Shown: positions 34,220-46,682 of the stretch, in pieces
Layout: each line of letters starts with the position of its first letter
Position numbering within the stretch: position 1 is the first letter of the stretch
Assembly (NCBI RefSeq): GCF_003018255.1
Contig: NZ_CP027440.1
Source of the DNA: Escherichia coli
Lineage (GTDB): Bacteria; Pseudomonadota; Gammaproteobacteria; Enterobacterales; Enterobacteriaceae
DNA length: 64,000 bases
Strand: one strand, 5' to 3'
Made by a program: the position numbers and the translations under genes
The notes under the pieces: model-generated
Told to the model about the DNA's origin: nothing
The model's input: only the letters and a program-made list of their open reading frames with translations
Database searches by the model: none

Positions 34220-35236
34220 TTAATCGGGATATCCCTGTGGATGGCGTGACTGCCAGTGCCAGGTGTCCTGCGCCATTTCATCGAGTGTGCGCGTTACGCG
34301 CCAGTTCAGTTCACGGTCGGCTTTGCTGGCGTCCGCCCAGTAGGCCGGAAGGTCGCCCTCGCGACGCGGTGCAAAATGATAATTAACCGGTTTGCCGCAG
34401 GCTTTGCTGAAGGCATTAACCACGTCCAGCACGCTGCTGCCTACGCCAGCGCCGAGGTTATAGATGTGTACGCCTGGCTTGTTCGCCAGTTTTTCCATCG
34501 CCACGACGTGACCGTCCGCCAGATCCATTACGTGGATGTAATCGCGTACGCCAGTACCGTCTTCGGTCGGATAATCGTTACCAAAAATCGCCAGCGAGTC
34601 GCGACGGCCTACAGCAACCTGGGCGATGTATGGCATCAGGTTATTCGGAATGCCTTGCGGATCTTCGCCCATATCGCCCGACGGATGCGCGCCAACCGGG
34701 TTGAAGTAGCGCAGCAGGGCAATGCTCCAGTCCGGCTGGGCTTTTTGCAGATCGGTGAGGATCTGTTCCACCATCAGTTTGCTTTTGCCGTAAGGGCTTT
34801 GCGGTGTGCCGGTCGGGAAGCTTTCAACGTATGGAATTTTGGGCTGATCGCCATAGACGGTGGCGGAGGAGCTAAAAATAAAGTTTTTGACGTTCGCGGC
34901 GCGCATGGCGCTAATCAGGCGCAGGGTACCGTTGACATTGTTGTCGTAATATTCAAGCGGTTTTTGTACCGATTCGCCAACGGCTTTCAGCCCGGCGAAG
35001 TGGATCACAGTGTCGATAGCGTGATCGTGCAGGATCTCGGTCATCAACGCTTCGTTACGGATATCGCCTTCAACAAACGTTGGATGTTTGCCGCCTAAAC
35101 GCTCGATAACAGGCAGTACGCTGCGCTTACTGTTACAGAGGTTATCAAGAATGATGACATCATGACCGTTTTGCAGTAATTGCACACAGGTATGACTTCC
35201 AATGTAACCGCTACCACCGGTAACCAGAACTCTCAT
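34220..35236 (-). CDS. galE: UDP-glucose 4-epimerase
   Basis: MRVLVTGGSGYIGSH Rossmann motif, 338 aa; track ORF trimmed of 14 upstream codons. Confidence 0.95.
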   Translation of the reverse strand: MRVLVTGGSGYIGSHTCVQLLQNGHDVIILDNLCNSKRSVLPVIERLGGKHPTFVEGDIRNEALMTEILHDHAIDTVIHFAGLKAVGESVQKPLEYYDNNVNGTLRLISAMRAANVKNFIFSSSATVYGDQPKIPYVESFPTGTPQSPYGKSKLMVEQILTDLQKAQPDWSIALLRYFNPVGAHPSGDMGEDPQGIPNNLMPYIAQVAVGRRDSLAIFGNDYPTEDGTGVRDYIHVMDLADGHVVAMEKLANKPGVHIYNLGAGVGSSVLDVVNAFSKACGKPVNYHFAPRREGDLPAYWADASKADRELNWRVTRTLDEMAQDTWHWQSRHPQGYPD

Positions 35237-35279
35237 AATTCGCTCCATTAGGCTTATGGTATGAAATAACCATAGCATA

Positions 35280-35335
35280 ACAAAGATGCGAAAAGTGTGA
35301 CATGGAATAAATTAGTGGAATCGTTTACACAAGAA
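35280..35335 (-). promoter_or_regulatory. gal operon promoter region with CRP site and GalR operator OE
   Basis: gtggaatcgtttacac at 35315-35330 is the GalR operator sequence; adjacent aaagtgtgacatggaataaatt is the CRP site; the P1/P2 region lies between this and galE. Confidence 0.75.
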
Positions 35336-35496
35336 TTTAGCCGTTTTTTATGCGCCATTAATGGATTATAAAACAGAGGGTTTATGAATGATTGAGCTTT
35401 TTATCTGAAAAAAGTCGCGGTTTCATGCCTGGATGCGTCGAACTGTAGGCCGGAGAGGGCGCTTAGGCCGCCTCCGGTACAGTCAGCATTACCGAC

Positions 35497-36969
35497 TCAG
35501 TTTATTTTTGTCAGCGCATAGCGATAAAAGTCACCGTCCGGCACGAACTCAAGACGATGGGTAATACAGGCAGGCGCATCTTCAGCATGGTGCGAAACAA
35601 ACAACAATTGCGTTTCACCTTCGCTAATCAGCACATCAACAAACCGGCGGATAAGCTGGCGATTGAGCGGATCAAGCCCCTGTAGTGGTTCATCGAGAAT
35701 AAGCAACGTCGGATGTTTCACCAGCGCGCGGACGATCAGCGCCAGACGCTGCTGTCCCCAGGAAAGACTATGGAACGGAGCGTCAGCCGTGCGTTTATCA
35801 ATGCCGAGAATATCCAGCCACTGCTGCACCAGTTTTTGCTGGCGATCCGAAACGGCCTGATAAATGCCAATCGAATCAAAATAGCCAGAAAGGATCACAT
35901 TACGCACGGTAGTGCTGACCCGGTAATCCAGATGCAAACTACTGCTGACGTAACCGATATGCTTTTTGATATCCCAGATGGTTTCGCCGCTGCCGCGACG
36001 TCGTCCGAAAAGCGTCAAATCGTTGCTGTAACCTTGCGGATGATCGCCAGTAATCAGGCTTAATAACGTCGATTTTCCCGCGCCATTTGGCCCGACAATT
36101 TGCCAGTGCTCGCCTGGATTCACCTGCCAGCTAAGGTTATTAAGAATGGGGCGATCGTTATAAGAAACCACGCCGTTGTTCAGCACAATGCGCGGTTCGT
36201 TGGCGGGTAAGGCGTGACGTGCTGAAGGTTCATCCGGCTCCGGCAGTTGCACACCTTCAAGCTGTTCGCTATGTGCCAGTTGCGCGACGAGTGCTTGCTG
36301 GAGCAGTTCCTCTTTAGCGCCCGTTTCCGCTAACGTACAATCCGCCAGCACGCCAGCAAACTGGACAAATTCCGGGATCTCATCGAAGCGATTGAGCACC
36401 AGTACCAGAGTAATACCGGACTGATGTAACGAGGCGAGTAGCTCAGCCAGCTGCTGACGTGAGGCAACATCCAGGCCATCGAACGGCTCATCAAGAATCA
36501 ACAAGTCAGGCTCCGACATCAGCGCCTGACACAGCAGGGTTTTTCGCGTCTCGCCAGTGGAAAGGTATTTAAAGCGTCGGTCGAGGAGGGCGGTAATACC
36601 GAACTGCTGCGCCAGTTGCATGCAACGCGGTGCATCCTTTACTTCATCCTGAATGATTTCAGCCGTGGTACGCCCGGTGTCATCTTCGCCAGGGCCGAGC
36701 ATATCGGTGTTATTCCGCTGCCATTCGTCGCTGACGAGCTTTTGCAATTGCTCGAAGGAGAGACGAGTGATGTGGGAAAACTGGCTTTGCCGTTCACCTT
36801 TCAAAAGCGGAAGTTCCCCCGCCTGCGCGCGGGCCAGCGCCGATTTCCCGCTTCCATTCGAACCGACAAACGCCCAACTATCACCCGCGTTTAACGTTAG
36901 CTGAGGCAATTGCAGCGTTTTTGTGTCGCTAAGACGAAACGTGCCTTGCAAAATTTGCAACGATGACAT
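35497..36969 (-). CDS. modF: ABC-type ATPase ModF (two ATP-binding cassettes)
   Basis: MSSLQILQGTFRLSD..., two Walker A motifs (GSNGSGKS, GPNGAGKS), 490 aa; track ORF trimmed of 4 codons. Confidence 0.93.
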   Translation of the reverse strand: MSSLQILQGTFRLSDTKTLQLPQLTLNAGDSWAFVGSNGSGKSALARAQAGELPLLKGERQSQFSHITRLSFEQLQKLVSDEWQRNNTDMLGPGEDDTGRTTAEIIQDEVKDAPRCMQLAQQFGITALLDRRFKYLSTGETRKTLLCQALMSEPDLLILDEPFDGLDVASRQQLAELLASLHQSGITLVLVLNRFDEIPEFVQFAGVLADCTLAETGAKEELLQQALVAQLAHSEQLEGVQLPEPDEPSARHALPANEPRIVLNNGVVSYNDRPILNNLSWQVNPGEHWQIVGPNGAGKSTLLSLITGDHPQGYSNDLTLFGRRRGSGETIWDIKKHIGYVSSSLHLDYRVSTTVRNVILSGYFDSIGIYQAVSDRQQKLVQQWLDILGIDKRTADAPFHSLSWGQQRLALIVRALVKHPTLLILDEPLQGLDPLNRQLIRRFVDVLISEGETQLLFVSHHAEDAPACITHRLEFVPDGDFYRYALTKIN

Positions 36970-37036
36970 TTTATATCCCATTTTGTGCAGCGATTACTGA
37001 CAGGGATACGTGTTTCATAACAAATTGTCAACACGC

Positions 37037-37825
37037 TTAGCACAGCGTGGCGATAATCACGCTGTCGGCATTAAAGTAGGCCGTGACATTCTGTCCTTGC
37101 TGAAGAGAAGTCGCTTCATTTACCGGCACTGTGGCGCACAGTGTTTGCCCGTCGGGTAGCGCCATTAATACTTCGCACTGCTCTGCGCCGCGCTCAATAT
37201 GGCTAATAATACCCGGTAATTGGTTGTCGGCGTTTTGTGCGACCGCTTCGTCCTGAGTAATGCCTACCCACGGCGCTTTTAGTAATATCAACACTTCTTT
37301 GCCTTCATCCAGCCCCAGACGCGCGCCGCTTTGTGCGGTAATTGCGACTTTCAGGCGTGTTTTTCCGTCAGCCAGTAAGACATCAACATGCTGTTGAACG
37401 TCATCATGATTGCGGGCGGTGATGGTGCCAAACCATTGGTTACGGGCGCTGGTTTGCAGTGAAAAACGTGAGATCGCGGCCAGCAGGCTGTTCAGCGGCA
37501 GGGCGTCATCGTCACTTAACACATCGAAGGCTTTTTGCTGGATTTGCGCCAGTAAGTCATAGAGCTGAATCAGTCGCTGACCATAGCGGGTCAGTACTGC
37601 GCCGCCTCCACCTTTACCGCCTGTTGCGCGCTCAACCAGAATATGCTCACTTAACTGATTCATCTCGTTAATGGCATCCCATGCGCTTTTATAGCTGATA
37701 CCGGCATCTTTCGCTCCCTGGCTAATGGAACCGGAAAGCGCAATGTGTTTTAGTAGCGAAATGCGGCGCGGGTCGGCGAATAATTTTTGTTGGAGCTTAA
37801 GGGTGAGAAGGATTTCGGCCTGCAT
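37037..37825 (-). CDS. modE: molybdate-responsive transcription regulator ModE
   Basis: 262-aa ORF MQAEILLTLKLQQKLFADPRRISLLKHIALSGSISQGAKDAGISYKSAW. Confidence 0.95.
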   Translation of the reverse strand: MQAEILLTLKLQQKLFADPRRISLLKHIALSGSISQGAKDAGISYKSAWDAINEMNQLSEHILVERATGGKGGGGAVLTRYGQRLIQLYDLLAQIQQKAFDVLSDDDALPLNSLLAAISRFSLQTSARNQWFGTITARNHDDVQQHVDVLLADGKTRLKVAITAQSGARLGLDEGKEVLILLKAPWVGITQDEAVAQNADNQLPGIISHIERGAEQCEVLMALPDGQTLCATVPVNEATSLQQGQNVTAYFNADSVIIATLC

Positions 37826-37935
37826 AACAATATCCTGGAAAAAGTCTTATTGTGACGGAAAACGAACGCCACGCAAAGCTGACCGCACAAAAGGGGAGTG
37901 CTTTTCTTTGCTTAGCGGTTAGAATAGTCTCATGA

Positions 37936-38103
<168 letters not shown>

Positions 38104-38111
38104 ATCCCTGA

Positions 38112-38139
38112 ATGCCCGCTTAGTCGGGCATTTCTTTTT
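38112..38139 (+). terminator. intrinsic terminator after acrZ
   Basis: Hairpin atgcccg / cgggcat followed by tttcttttt. Confidence 0.7.
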
Positions 38140-38225
38140 CTCAACCTCCTGCTTTTCCTGCCGATATTTTTTCTCATCTACCTCACAAAGGTTAGCAATA
38201 ACTGCTGGGAAAATTCTGAGTTAGC

Positions 38226-38249
38226 CGTTATATTGTCGCCTACATAACG
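38226..38249 (+). promoter_or_regulatory. ModE operator of the modABC promoter
   Basis: cgttatattgtcgcctacataacg, palindromic TATAT-N7-TACAT. Confidence 0.75.
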
Positions 38250-38268
38250 TTAGATTAAGGGGTTACCA

Positions 38269-39042
38269 ATGGCTCGTAAATGGTTGAACTTGTTTGCCGG
38301 GGCGGCACTCTCTTTCGCTGTTGCTGGCAATGCACTGGCAGATGAAGGGAAAATCACGGTGTTCGCCGCCGCATCACTGACTAACGCAATGCAGGACATT
38401 GCTACGCAGTATAAAAAAGAGAAAGGCGTGGATGTGGTTTCTTCTTTCGCTTCGTCATCTACTTTGGCCCGTCAGATTGAAGCGGGTGCGCCTGCGGATC
38501 TGTTTATTTCTGCCGATCAGAAATGGATGGATTATGCGGTTGATAAAAAAGCGATCGATACGGCTTCGCGCCAGACACTGCTCGGCAATAGCCTGGTCGT
38601 TGTAGCACCGAAAGCCAGCGAGCAGAAAGATTTCACCATCGACAGCAAAACCAACTGGACTTCGCTGCTGAATGGCGGTCGTCTGGCGGTTGGCGATCCG
38701 GAACATGTTCCCGCTGGCATTTATGCAAAAGAAGCACTGCAAAAACTGGGCGCATGGGATACGCTCTCCCCGAAACTGGCTCCGGCGGAAGATGTTCGTG
38801 GCGCGCTGGCGTTGGTCGAACGCAATGAAGCGCCGCTGGGTATTGTTTACGGTTCTGACGCAGTTGCCAGCAAAGGGGTAAAAGTGGTTGCCACCTTCCC
38901 GGAAGATTCGCATAAAAAAGTGGAATATCCGGTTGCTGTTGTGGAAGGGCATAACAATGCGACGGTGAAAGCATTTTATGATTATCTGAAGGGACCGCAG
39001 GCTGCGGAAATCTTTAAACGTTACGGATTTACAACCAAGTAA
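38269..39042 (+). CDS. modA: molybdate ABC transporter periplasmic binding protein
   Basis: 257-aa ORF with signal peptide MARKWLNLFAGAALSFAVAGNALA. Confidence 0.96.
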   Translation: MARKWLNLFAGAALSFAVAGNALADEGKITVFAAASLTNAMQDIATQYKKEKGVDVVSSFASSSTLARQIEAGAPADLFISADQKWMDYAVDKKAIDTASRQTLLGNSLVVVAPKASEQKDFTIDSKTNWTSLLNGGRLAVGDPEHVPAGIYAKEALQKLGAWDTLSPKLAPAEDVRGALALVERNEAPLGIVYGSDAVASKGVKVVATFPEDSHKKVEYPVAVVEGHNNATVKAFYDYLKGPQAAEIFKRYGFTTK

Positions 39043-39731
39043 TGATACTGACCGATCCAGAATGGCAGGCGGTTTTACTAAGCCTGAAAGTTTCTTCCCT
39101 GGCTGTGCTGTTTAGCCTGCCGTTTGGGATCTTTTTTGCCTGGTTACTGGTGCGTTGCACGTTTCCGGGCAAAGCTCTGCTCGACAGCGTACTGCATCTA
39201 CCGCTGGTGTTACCGCCCGTGGTCGTCGGTTACTTATTATTAGTTTCGATGGGACGGCGCGGATTTATCGGTGAACGTCTGTATGACTGGTTTGGCATTA
39301 CCTTCGCCTTTAGCTGGCGCGGCGCGGTTCTCGCTGCCGCCGTCATGTCGTTTCCGCTGATGGTGCGGGCAATTCGTCTGGCGCTGGAAGGGGTTGATGT
39401 CAAACTGGAACAGGCCGCAAGAACACTGGGTGCCGGGCGCTGGCGCGTTTTCTTTACTATCACGTTACCGCTGACCTTACCGGGCATTATTGTTGGTACG
39501 GTACTGGCTTTTGCTCGTTCTCTCGGTGAGTTTGGTGCAACCATCACCTTTGTGTCGAACATTCCTGGTGAAACGCGAACCATTCCTTCTGCCATGTATA
39601 CCCTGATCCAGACCCCCGGCGGGGAAAGTGGAGCGGCGAGACTGTGCATTATTTCTATTGCACTGGCGATGATCTCCCTGTTGATTTCAGAATGGCTGGC
39701 CAGAATCAGCCGTGAACGGGCGGGGCGCTAA
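39042..39731 (+). CDS. modB: molybdate ABC transporter permease
   Basis: 229-aa membrane protein. Confidence 0.96.
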   Translation: MILTDPEWQAVLLSLKVSSLAVLFSLPFGIFFAWLLVRCTFPGKALLDSVLHLPLVLPPVVVGYLLLVSMGRRGFIGERLYDWFGITFAFSWRGAVLAAAVMSFPLMVRAIRLALEGVDVKLEQAARTLGAGRWRVFFTITLPLTLPGIIVGTVLAFARSLGEFGATITFVSNIPGETRTIPSAMYTLIQTPGGESGAARLCIISIALAMISLLISEWLARISRERAGR

Positions 39732-39733
39732 TC

Positions 39734-40792
39734 ATGCTGGAACTGAATTTTTCCCAGACGTTGGGCAACCATTGCCTGACCATTAATGAAACGCTGCCCG
39801 CCAATGGCATCACTGCTATCTTTGGCGTCTCCGGTGCCGGAAAAACTTCGCTGATTAACGCCATCAGTGGACTGACGCGCCCGCAAAAAGGGCGGATTGT
39901 CCTCAATGGGCGGGTACTAAATGATGCCGAAAAAGGTATCTGCCTGACGCCGGAAAAGCGTCGCGTTGGCTATGTTTTTCAGGATGCGCGGCTGTTCCCG
40001 CATTACAAAGTGCGTGGCAATCTGCGCTACGGCATGGCGAAAAGTATGGTCGATCAGTTCGATAAGCTGGTGGCGCTTTTAGGCATTGAACCGTTGCTTG
40101 ACCGTTTACCAGGCAGCCTGTCCGGAGGTGAAAAACAGCGCGTGGCGATTGGTCGGGCTTTGCTGACAGCACCGGAATTGCTGTTGCTGGATGAACCGCT
40201 GGCGTCACTGGATATTCCGCGTAAACGCGAACTGTTGCCTTATCTGCAACGGCTGACACGGGAAATCAACATTCCGATGTTGTATGTCAGCCATTCGCTG
40301 GATGAGATCCTCCATCTGGCAGACAGAGTGATGGTACTGGAAAACGGTCAGGTGAAAGCCTTTGGCGCGCTGGAGGAAGTGTGGGGCAGTAGCGTGATGA
40401 ATCCGTGGCTGCCGAAAGAGCAACAAAGTAGCATTCTGAAAGTGACGGTGCTTGAGCATCATCCGCATTACGCGATGACCGCGCTGGCGCTGGGCGATCA
40501 GCATTTGTGGGTCAATAAGCTGGACGAACCGCTGCAAGCTGCGCTACGCATCCGCATTCAGGCTTCCGATGTCTCGCTGGTTTTACAACCGCCGCAGCAA
40601 ACCAGCATTCGTAACGTATTGCGGGCAAAAGTGGTTAATAGTTATGACGACAACGGCCAGGTGGAAGTGGAGCTGGAAGTCGGCGGTAAAACGCTGTGGG
40701 CGCGTATCAGCCCGTGGGCCAGGGATGAACTGGCGATCAAACCTGGCCTGTGGCTGTATGCGCAAATTAAAAGTGTGTCGATAACCGCCTGA
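39734..40792 (+). CDS. modC: molybdate ABC transporter ATPase
   Basis: 352-aa ORF with Walker [10 protein letters not shown] and signature LSGGEKQRV. Confidence 0.96.
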   Translation: MLELNFSQTLGNHCLTINETLPANGITAIFGVSGAGKTSLINAISGLTRPQKGRIVLNGRVLNDAEKGICLTPEKRRVGYVFQDARLFPHYKVRGNLRYGMAKSMVDQFDKLVALLGIEPLLDRLPGSLSGGEKQRVAIGRALLTAPELLLLDEPLASLDIPRKRELLPYLQRLTREINIPMLYVSHSLDEILHLADRVMVLENGQVKAFGALEEVWGSSVMNPWLPKEQQSSILKVTVLEHHPHYAMTALALGDQHLWVNKLDEPLQAALRIRIQASDVSLVLQPPQQTSIRNVLRAKVVNSYDDNGQVEVELEVGGKTLWARISPWARDELAIKPGLWLYAQIKSVSITA

Positions 40793-41611
40793 TTAAATCA
40801 GGTGGCTATAAATGAACTGGGCAATGCTGTCGGTGGTGTTATCACCAATCACAATGTTGGCGCGCGCTTTTACTGCGTCATCGGCGTTGCCCATCGCCAC
40901 GCCTGTACCAGCGGCTTCCAGCATACTAATATCATTGAAGTTATCGCCGAAGGCCACGACGTTTTCCATCGACCAGCCTTGCGCCTCAACCCATTTCGTC
41001 AAACGTTTACCTTTGCTGTTGCCGCCGCGTGCAATATCAACCTGATCGTGCCAGGACCATTCACACTCCAGTCCCAGTTCATGTTCGACATGCTTACCAA
41101 AATGCTGCAATTGCGGCAGGTCATCGTGCGTCAGGGCGAACTTCCATACGGCGTTAACTTGTTGCGCCGTTTCAGCCAGAGAAGCGACTTGTGTGAAAGT
41201 CGGACGCTGTTCCGGCGGCAGGGTTTGCGCCCAGTTAGACGTGCGAATGACATGTCCGGTCGGGTGCTCATAGACCATTGCATCATCGACATACATCAGA
41301 CCGTGAATGTGGTGTTCATTCAGCATCTCAATGAGTTGCAGGGCTTTATTAACGGGCATTGGGTCCGCTTCCAGCACTGTTTTTGCATGATAATCATACA
41401 AATAGGTGCCATTACAGCAAATAGCAGGTGTATCCAGCGCCAGCGCCTGATAAAAAGGATGAATAGCGACGTGATGGCGACCTGTGACGATGATTAATTG
41501 ATAGCCTGCTTCGCGAGCGCGGGCCAGGGCTTCTATCGATGATGGAAGCAAGGTCTTTTTCGGGGTCAATAAGGTGCCGTCTAAGTCGAGAGCAATCACG
41601 CGTGTGGTCAT
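40793..41611 (-). CDS. ybhA: HAD-family (Cof-type) sugar-phosphate phosphatase
   Basis: MTTRVIALDLDGTLL HAD motif I, 272 aa; track ORF trimmed of 34 upstream codons. Confidence 0.92.
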   Translation of the reverse strand: MTTRVIALDLDGTLLTPKKTLLPSSIEALARAREAGYQLIIVTGRHHVAIHPFYQALALDTPAICCNGTYLYDYHAKTVLEADPMPVNKALQLIEMLNEHHIHGLMYVDDAMVYEHPTGHVIRTSNWAQTLPPEQRPTFTQVASLAETAQQVNAVWKFALTHDDLPQLQHFGKHVEHELGLECEWSWHDQVDIARGGNSKGKRLTKWVEAQGWSMENVVAFGDNFNDISMLEAAGTGVAMGNADDAVKARANIVIGDNTTDSIAQFIYSHLI

Positions 41612-41729
41612 GGCGTATTCCAGATTAAGGTTAAGAATTTTCGTCTGCGCGAATGGTACACCGATACCACTATCGGACAAAATTCTGCGTTTTAATTCAG
41701 CATTCACCGCCAAAAGCGACTAATTTTAG

Positions 41730-42761
<1,032 letters not shown>

Positions 42762-42801
42762 CCGCTGATTTACCCGGCGCAGTCTCTTCTGCGCCGGTGT
42801 A

Positions 42802-43755
42802 TTAACCTATCTCCTGTAACGCATGTCTCTGGCGTTCGACGATATTGGTCCACAAATTGTCTTTATCGTCAGTCCACAAATTAATCAGCAAGGCAAAAAA
42901 GCGTTCAGCTGCCGGAGAAAGCACGGCATCTTTGCGGCGAATAATCCCCAATGTCCGACGTATAACCGGTTCCACCAGCGGGATACCAATAATCGAAGAA
43001 TAGGGCGCATGGGGCATTGCCAGACCAGGAAGCGCCGAAATCCCCAGTCCCGCCTCCACCAGCCCTAATGACGTCGAAAGATGACGCACTTCGTAAAACC
43101 AGTCCAGCTTCCAGGGCTTGTCGGCTAGCTGTTGTTCTATCAATAGTCGGTTGCCGCTGGAGGAGCGTACGCCAATCATTTTGTAACCCACTAACTCCTG
43201 CCATTCTACAAGCTGCTTTTTGGCCAATGGATGGTCACGCCGACAGGCCAGCACGAACGGCTCGTTGACCAGTGGGGTAAAATCAATGGATGAATTTGTG
43301 ACGTTGTTCATGTTTATGCCAAAGTCTGATTCGTTACACAGCACCGATTCCATGCAATTATTCGTGCCTTGTTCCAGAATCCGCACTTTAATATTGGGAT
43401 ACAGCTCATTAAATTTACCGATTGCCAGCGGTAAAAAATAAAATACTGCGGTCGGAATACACGCTAACGTCACCATACCACGATGATAAGCATTCATATC
43501 ACGAATATTAAAAAGCGTTTCATCGAATTTTTTTATTAATTCCCGCGCCTCCGGGAGCAACCTTTTTCCTGCTTTTGTTAACGTAACCTTGCGAGTTGTA
43601 CGCTCAAATAGTTGAATGTGTAAATCTTCCTCCATCTTTTTTATTCTTCGCGTTAATGCAGGTTGCGTAATATTGAGTAATTTAGCAGCATTGTTAAATG
43701 AACTGGACTCTGCCAGTATGACAAATGCCTTCATACTTGATAATTCATGCTTCAT
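42802..43755 (-). CDS. ybhD: LysR-family transcription regulator
   Basis: MKHELSSMKAFVILAESSSFNNAAKLLNITQPALTRRIKKMEE HTH, 317 aa; divergent from ybhH. Confidence 0.9.
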   Translation of the reverse strand: MKHELSSMKAFVILAESSSFNNAAKLLNITQPALTRRIKKMEEDLHIQLFERTTRKVTLTKAGKRLLPEARELIKKFDETLFNIRDMNAYHRGMVTLACIPTAVFYFLPLAIGKFNELYPNIKVRILEQGTNNCMESVLCNESDFGINMNNVTNSSIDFTPLVNEPFVLACRRDHPLAKKQLVEWQELVGYKMIGVRSSSGNRLLIEQQLADKPWKLDWFYEVRHLSTSLGLVEAGLGISALPGLAMPHAPYSSIIGIPLVEPVIRRTLGIIRRKDAVLSPAAERFFALLINLWTDDKDNLWTNIVERQRHALQEIG

Positions 43756-43938
43756 TATTACTCCGGAAAATGGAAGCGACGATTTTGGGTGACTGGCAGT
43801 TAAAAATTTTACCTGCATTTAGCCAACTTAAATTAATGAAAAAATGTTATTAATCGTTGAGCTAAAGTCATTAGAGATGCTTTGCCCTTAATGTAACCAT
43901 ATCGCAATAAGTTATGTTTTTAAATTGAGGGCATTATT

Positions 43939-44991
43939 ATGAAAAAAATACCCTGCGTGATGATGCGAGGTGGAACCTCGAGGGGCGCGTTCCTGTTAGC
44001 GGAACATCTACCCGAAGATCAAACGCAGCGCGATAAAATATTGATGGCAATTATGGGTTCCGGTAACGATCTGGAAATTGACGGTATTGGCGGCGGTAAT
44101 CCGCTGACCAGTAAAGTCGCCATTATTAGCCGCTCCAGCGATCCGCGTGCAGATGTCGATTATCTGTTTGCTCAAGTTATCGTCCATGAGCAACGTGTCG
44201 ATACCACGCCTAACTGCGGCAATATGCTGTCTGGCGTTGGGGCATTCGCCATTGAAAATGGTTTGATTGCAGCGACTTCGCCAGTTACCCGCGTACGTAT
44301 CCGCAACGTCAATACGGGTACGTTTATCGAAGCTGATGTGCAAACGCCAAATGGTGTTGTCGAGTACGAGGGTAGCGCCAGAATTGACGGCGTACCGGGT
44401 ACTGCCGCACCGGTTGCGCTCACTTTCCTGAATGCCGCCGGAACGAAAACCGGAAAAGTCTTCCCGACGGATAATCAGATTGATTATTTTGACGATGTCC
44501 CGGTGACCTGTATCGATATGGCGATGCCAGTTGTCATTATTCCTGCTGAATATCTGGGAAAAACAGGCTATGAATTACCGGCAGAGCTGGATGCCGACAA
44601 AGCATTATTAGCCAGCATTGAATCTATCCGTCTACAAGCGGGTAAAGCAATGGGCTTAGGCGATGTCAGTAATATGGTTATCCCTAAACCTGTACTTATT
44701 TCTCCAGCGCAGAAAGGCGGGGCAATTAATGTGCGTTATTTTATGCCGCATTCTTGCCATCGCGCTTTGGCGATAACCGGTGCTATTGCTATTTCCTGTA
44801 GTTGTGCATTGGAAGGCACCGTCACCCGACAAATCGTCCCTTCTGTAGGATACGGCAATATCAATATTGAACACCCCAGTGGTGCGCTCGACGTTCATTT
44901 AAGTAATGAAGGTCAGGATGCCACGACGTTACGCGCATCTGTTATTCGGACGACAAGAAAAATATTTTCCGGTGAAGTTTATCTTCCCTGA
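43939..44991 (+). CDS. ybhH: PrpF/AcnD-accessory-family isomerase
   Basis: 350-aa ORF MKKIPCVMMRGGTSRGAFL. Confidence 0.9.
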   Translation: MKKIPCVMMRGGTSRGAFLLAEHLPEDQTQRDKILMAIMGSGNDLEIDGIGGGNPLTSKVAIISRSSDPRADVDYLFAQVIVHEQRVDTTPNCGNMLSGVGAFAIENGLIAATSPVTRVRIRNVNTGTFIEADVQTPNGVVEYEGSARIDGVPGTAAPVALTFLNAAGTKTGKVFPTDNQIDYFDDVPVTCIDMAMPVVIIPAEYLGKTGYELPAELDADKALLASIESIRLQAGKAMGLGDVSNMVIPKPVLISPAQKGGAINVRYFMPHSCHRALAITGAIAISCSCALEGTVTRQIVPSVGYGNINIEHPSGALDVHLSNEGQDATTLRASVIRTTRKIFSGEVYLP

Positions 44992-45066
44992 AAAATTTTG
45001 TTGTCGTGATAATGACAATCAATAAAGGAATTCTGTATGAGTCATACAGAAAGAACAGGATATTAA

Positions 45067-46500
45067 ATGAATAAAAAATCGTTATGGAAGCTAATTCTGA
45101 TATTAGCGATCCCATGTATTATTGGCTTTATGCCAGCTCCGGCAGGATTAAGCGAACTGGCGTGGGTGCTTTTTGGTATTTACCTGGCGGCCATTGTGGG
45201 GCTGGTTATCAAGCCTTTCCCGGAACCTGTCGTACTGTTAATTGCCGTCGCCGCATCGATGGTAGTGGTGGGTAACTTATCAGGTGGGGAATTTAAAACC
45301 ACCGCCGTATTAAGCGGTTACTCTTCCGGTACCACCTGGCTGGTGTTTTCTGCGTTTACTTTAAGCGCCGCGTTTGTAACCACAGGCTTAGGTAAACGTA
45401 TTGCCTATCTGCTGATTGGTAAAATTGGTAGCACTACCCTGGGTCTGGGTTACGTTACGGTATTTCTCGATCTGGTACTGGCTCCGGCAACACCGTCTAA
45501 CACCGCGCGTGCGGGCGGCATCGTGTTACCGATCATCAACAGCGTGGCAGTGGCTTTGGGATCAGAACCGGAAAAAAGTCCGCGTCGTGTTGGACATTAC
45601 CTGATGATGTCCATTTACATGGTCACTAAAACCACCAGCTATATGTTCTTTACCGCAATGGCGGGGAACATTCTGGCGCTGAAAATGATCAACGACATTC
45701 TGCACCTGCAAATTAGCTGGGGTGGATGGGCGCTGGCCGCTGGATTGCCGGGTATCATTATGCTGCTGGTCACCCCGCTGGTGATTTACACCATGTATCC
45801 GCCAGAAATTAAGAAGGTGGATAACAAAACCATCGCCAAAGCGGGCCTTGCCGAACTGGGACCGATGAAAATCCGCGAAAAAATGCTGCTCGGTGTCTTC
45901 GTGCTGGCGCTGCTGGGCTGGATTTTCAGTAAGTCACTGGGGGTTGATGAATCCACCGTGGCAATCGTTGTTATGGCGACTATGCTGCTGCTGGGTATCG
46001 TTACCTGGGAAGACGTGGTTAAAAATAAAGGCGGCTGGAATACCTTAATCTGGTACGGCGGTATTATCGGCTTAAGCTCCTTATTATCGAAAGTTAAATT
46101 CTTTGAATGGTTAGCTGAAGTCTTTAAAAATAACCTGGCATTTGATGGTCACGGTAACGTTGCTTTCTTCGTTATTATTTTCCTCAGCATCATCGTGCGT
46201 TATTTCTTCGCTTCCGGTAGTGCCTATATCGTTGCTATGTTACCTGTATTTGCCATGCTGGCGAACGTCTCCGGCGCACCGTTAATGTTAACCGCGCTGG
46301 CACTGTTGTTCTCTAACTCCTATGGCGGCATGGTTACTCACTATGGCGGCGCGGCAGGTCCGGTCATCTTTGGCGTGGGTTACAACGATATTAAATCCTG
46401 GTGGTTGGTCGGTGCGGTACTGACGATATTAACCTTCCTGGTGCATATCACCCTCGGCGTGTGGTGGTGGAATATGCTGATCGGCTGGAACATGCTGTAA
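45067..46500 (+). CDS. ybhI: DASS-family anion:sodium symporter (di/tricarboxylate transporter)
   Basis: 477-aa polytopic membrane protein. Confidence 0.9.
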   Translation: MNKKSLWKLILILAIPCIIGFMPAPAGLSELAWVLFGIYLAAIVGLVIKPFPEPVVLLIAVAASMVVVGNLSGGEFKTTAVLSGYSSGTTWLVFSAFTLSAAFVTTGLGKRIAYLLIGKIGSTTLGLGYVTVFLDLVLAPATPSNTARAGGIVLPIINSVAVALGSEPEKSPRRVGHYLMMSIYMVTKTTSYMFFTAMAGNILALKMINDILHLQISWGGWALAAGLPGIIMLLVTPLVIYTMYPPEIKKVDNKTIAKAGLAELGPMKIREKMLLGVFVLALLGWIFSKSLGVDESTVAIVVMATMLLLGIVTWEDVVKNKGGWNTLIWYGGIIGLSSLLSKVKFFEWLAEVFKNNLAFDGHGNVAFFVIIFLSIIVRYFFASGSAYIVAMLPVFAMLANVSGAPLMLTALALLFSNSYGGMVTHYGGAAGPVIFGVGYNDIKSWWLVGAVLTILTFLVHITLGVWWWNMLIGWNML

Positions 46501-46630
46501 ATATACTCGTCATACTTCAAGTTGCATGTGCTGCGTCTGCGTTCGCTCACCCCAGTCACTTACTTATGTAAGCTCCTGGGGATTCACTCGCTTGTCGCCT
46601 TCCTGCAACTCGAATTATTTAGAGTATATC
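46501..46630. repeat. ERIC (IRU) repetitive element
   Basis: atatactcgtcat...cgctcaccccagtcacttacttatgtaagctcctggggattcac...gagtatat; palindromic; matches the ERIC1R/ERIC2 primer regions. Confidence 0.85.
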
Positions 46631-46682
46631 CATTTATTATCTTTCTGCGCACTTCACGGTGCGCAGATATCTGGAGCATTTG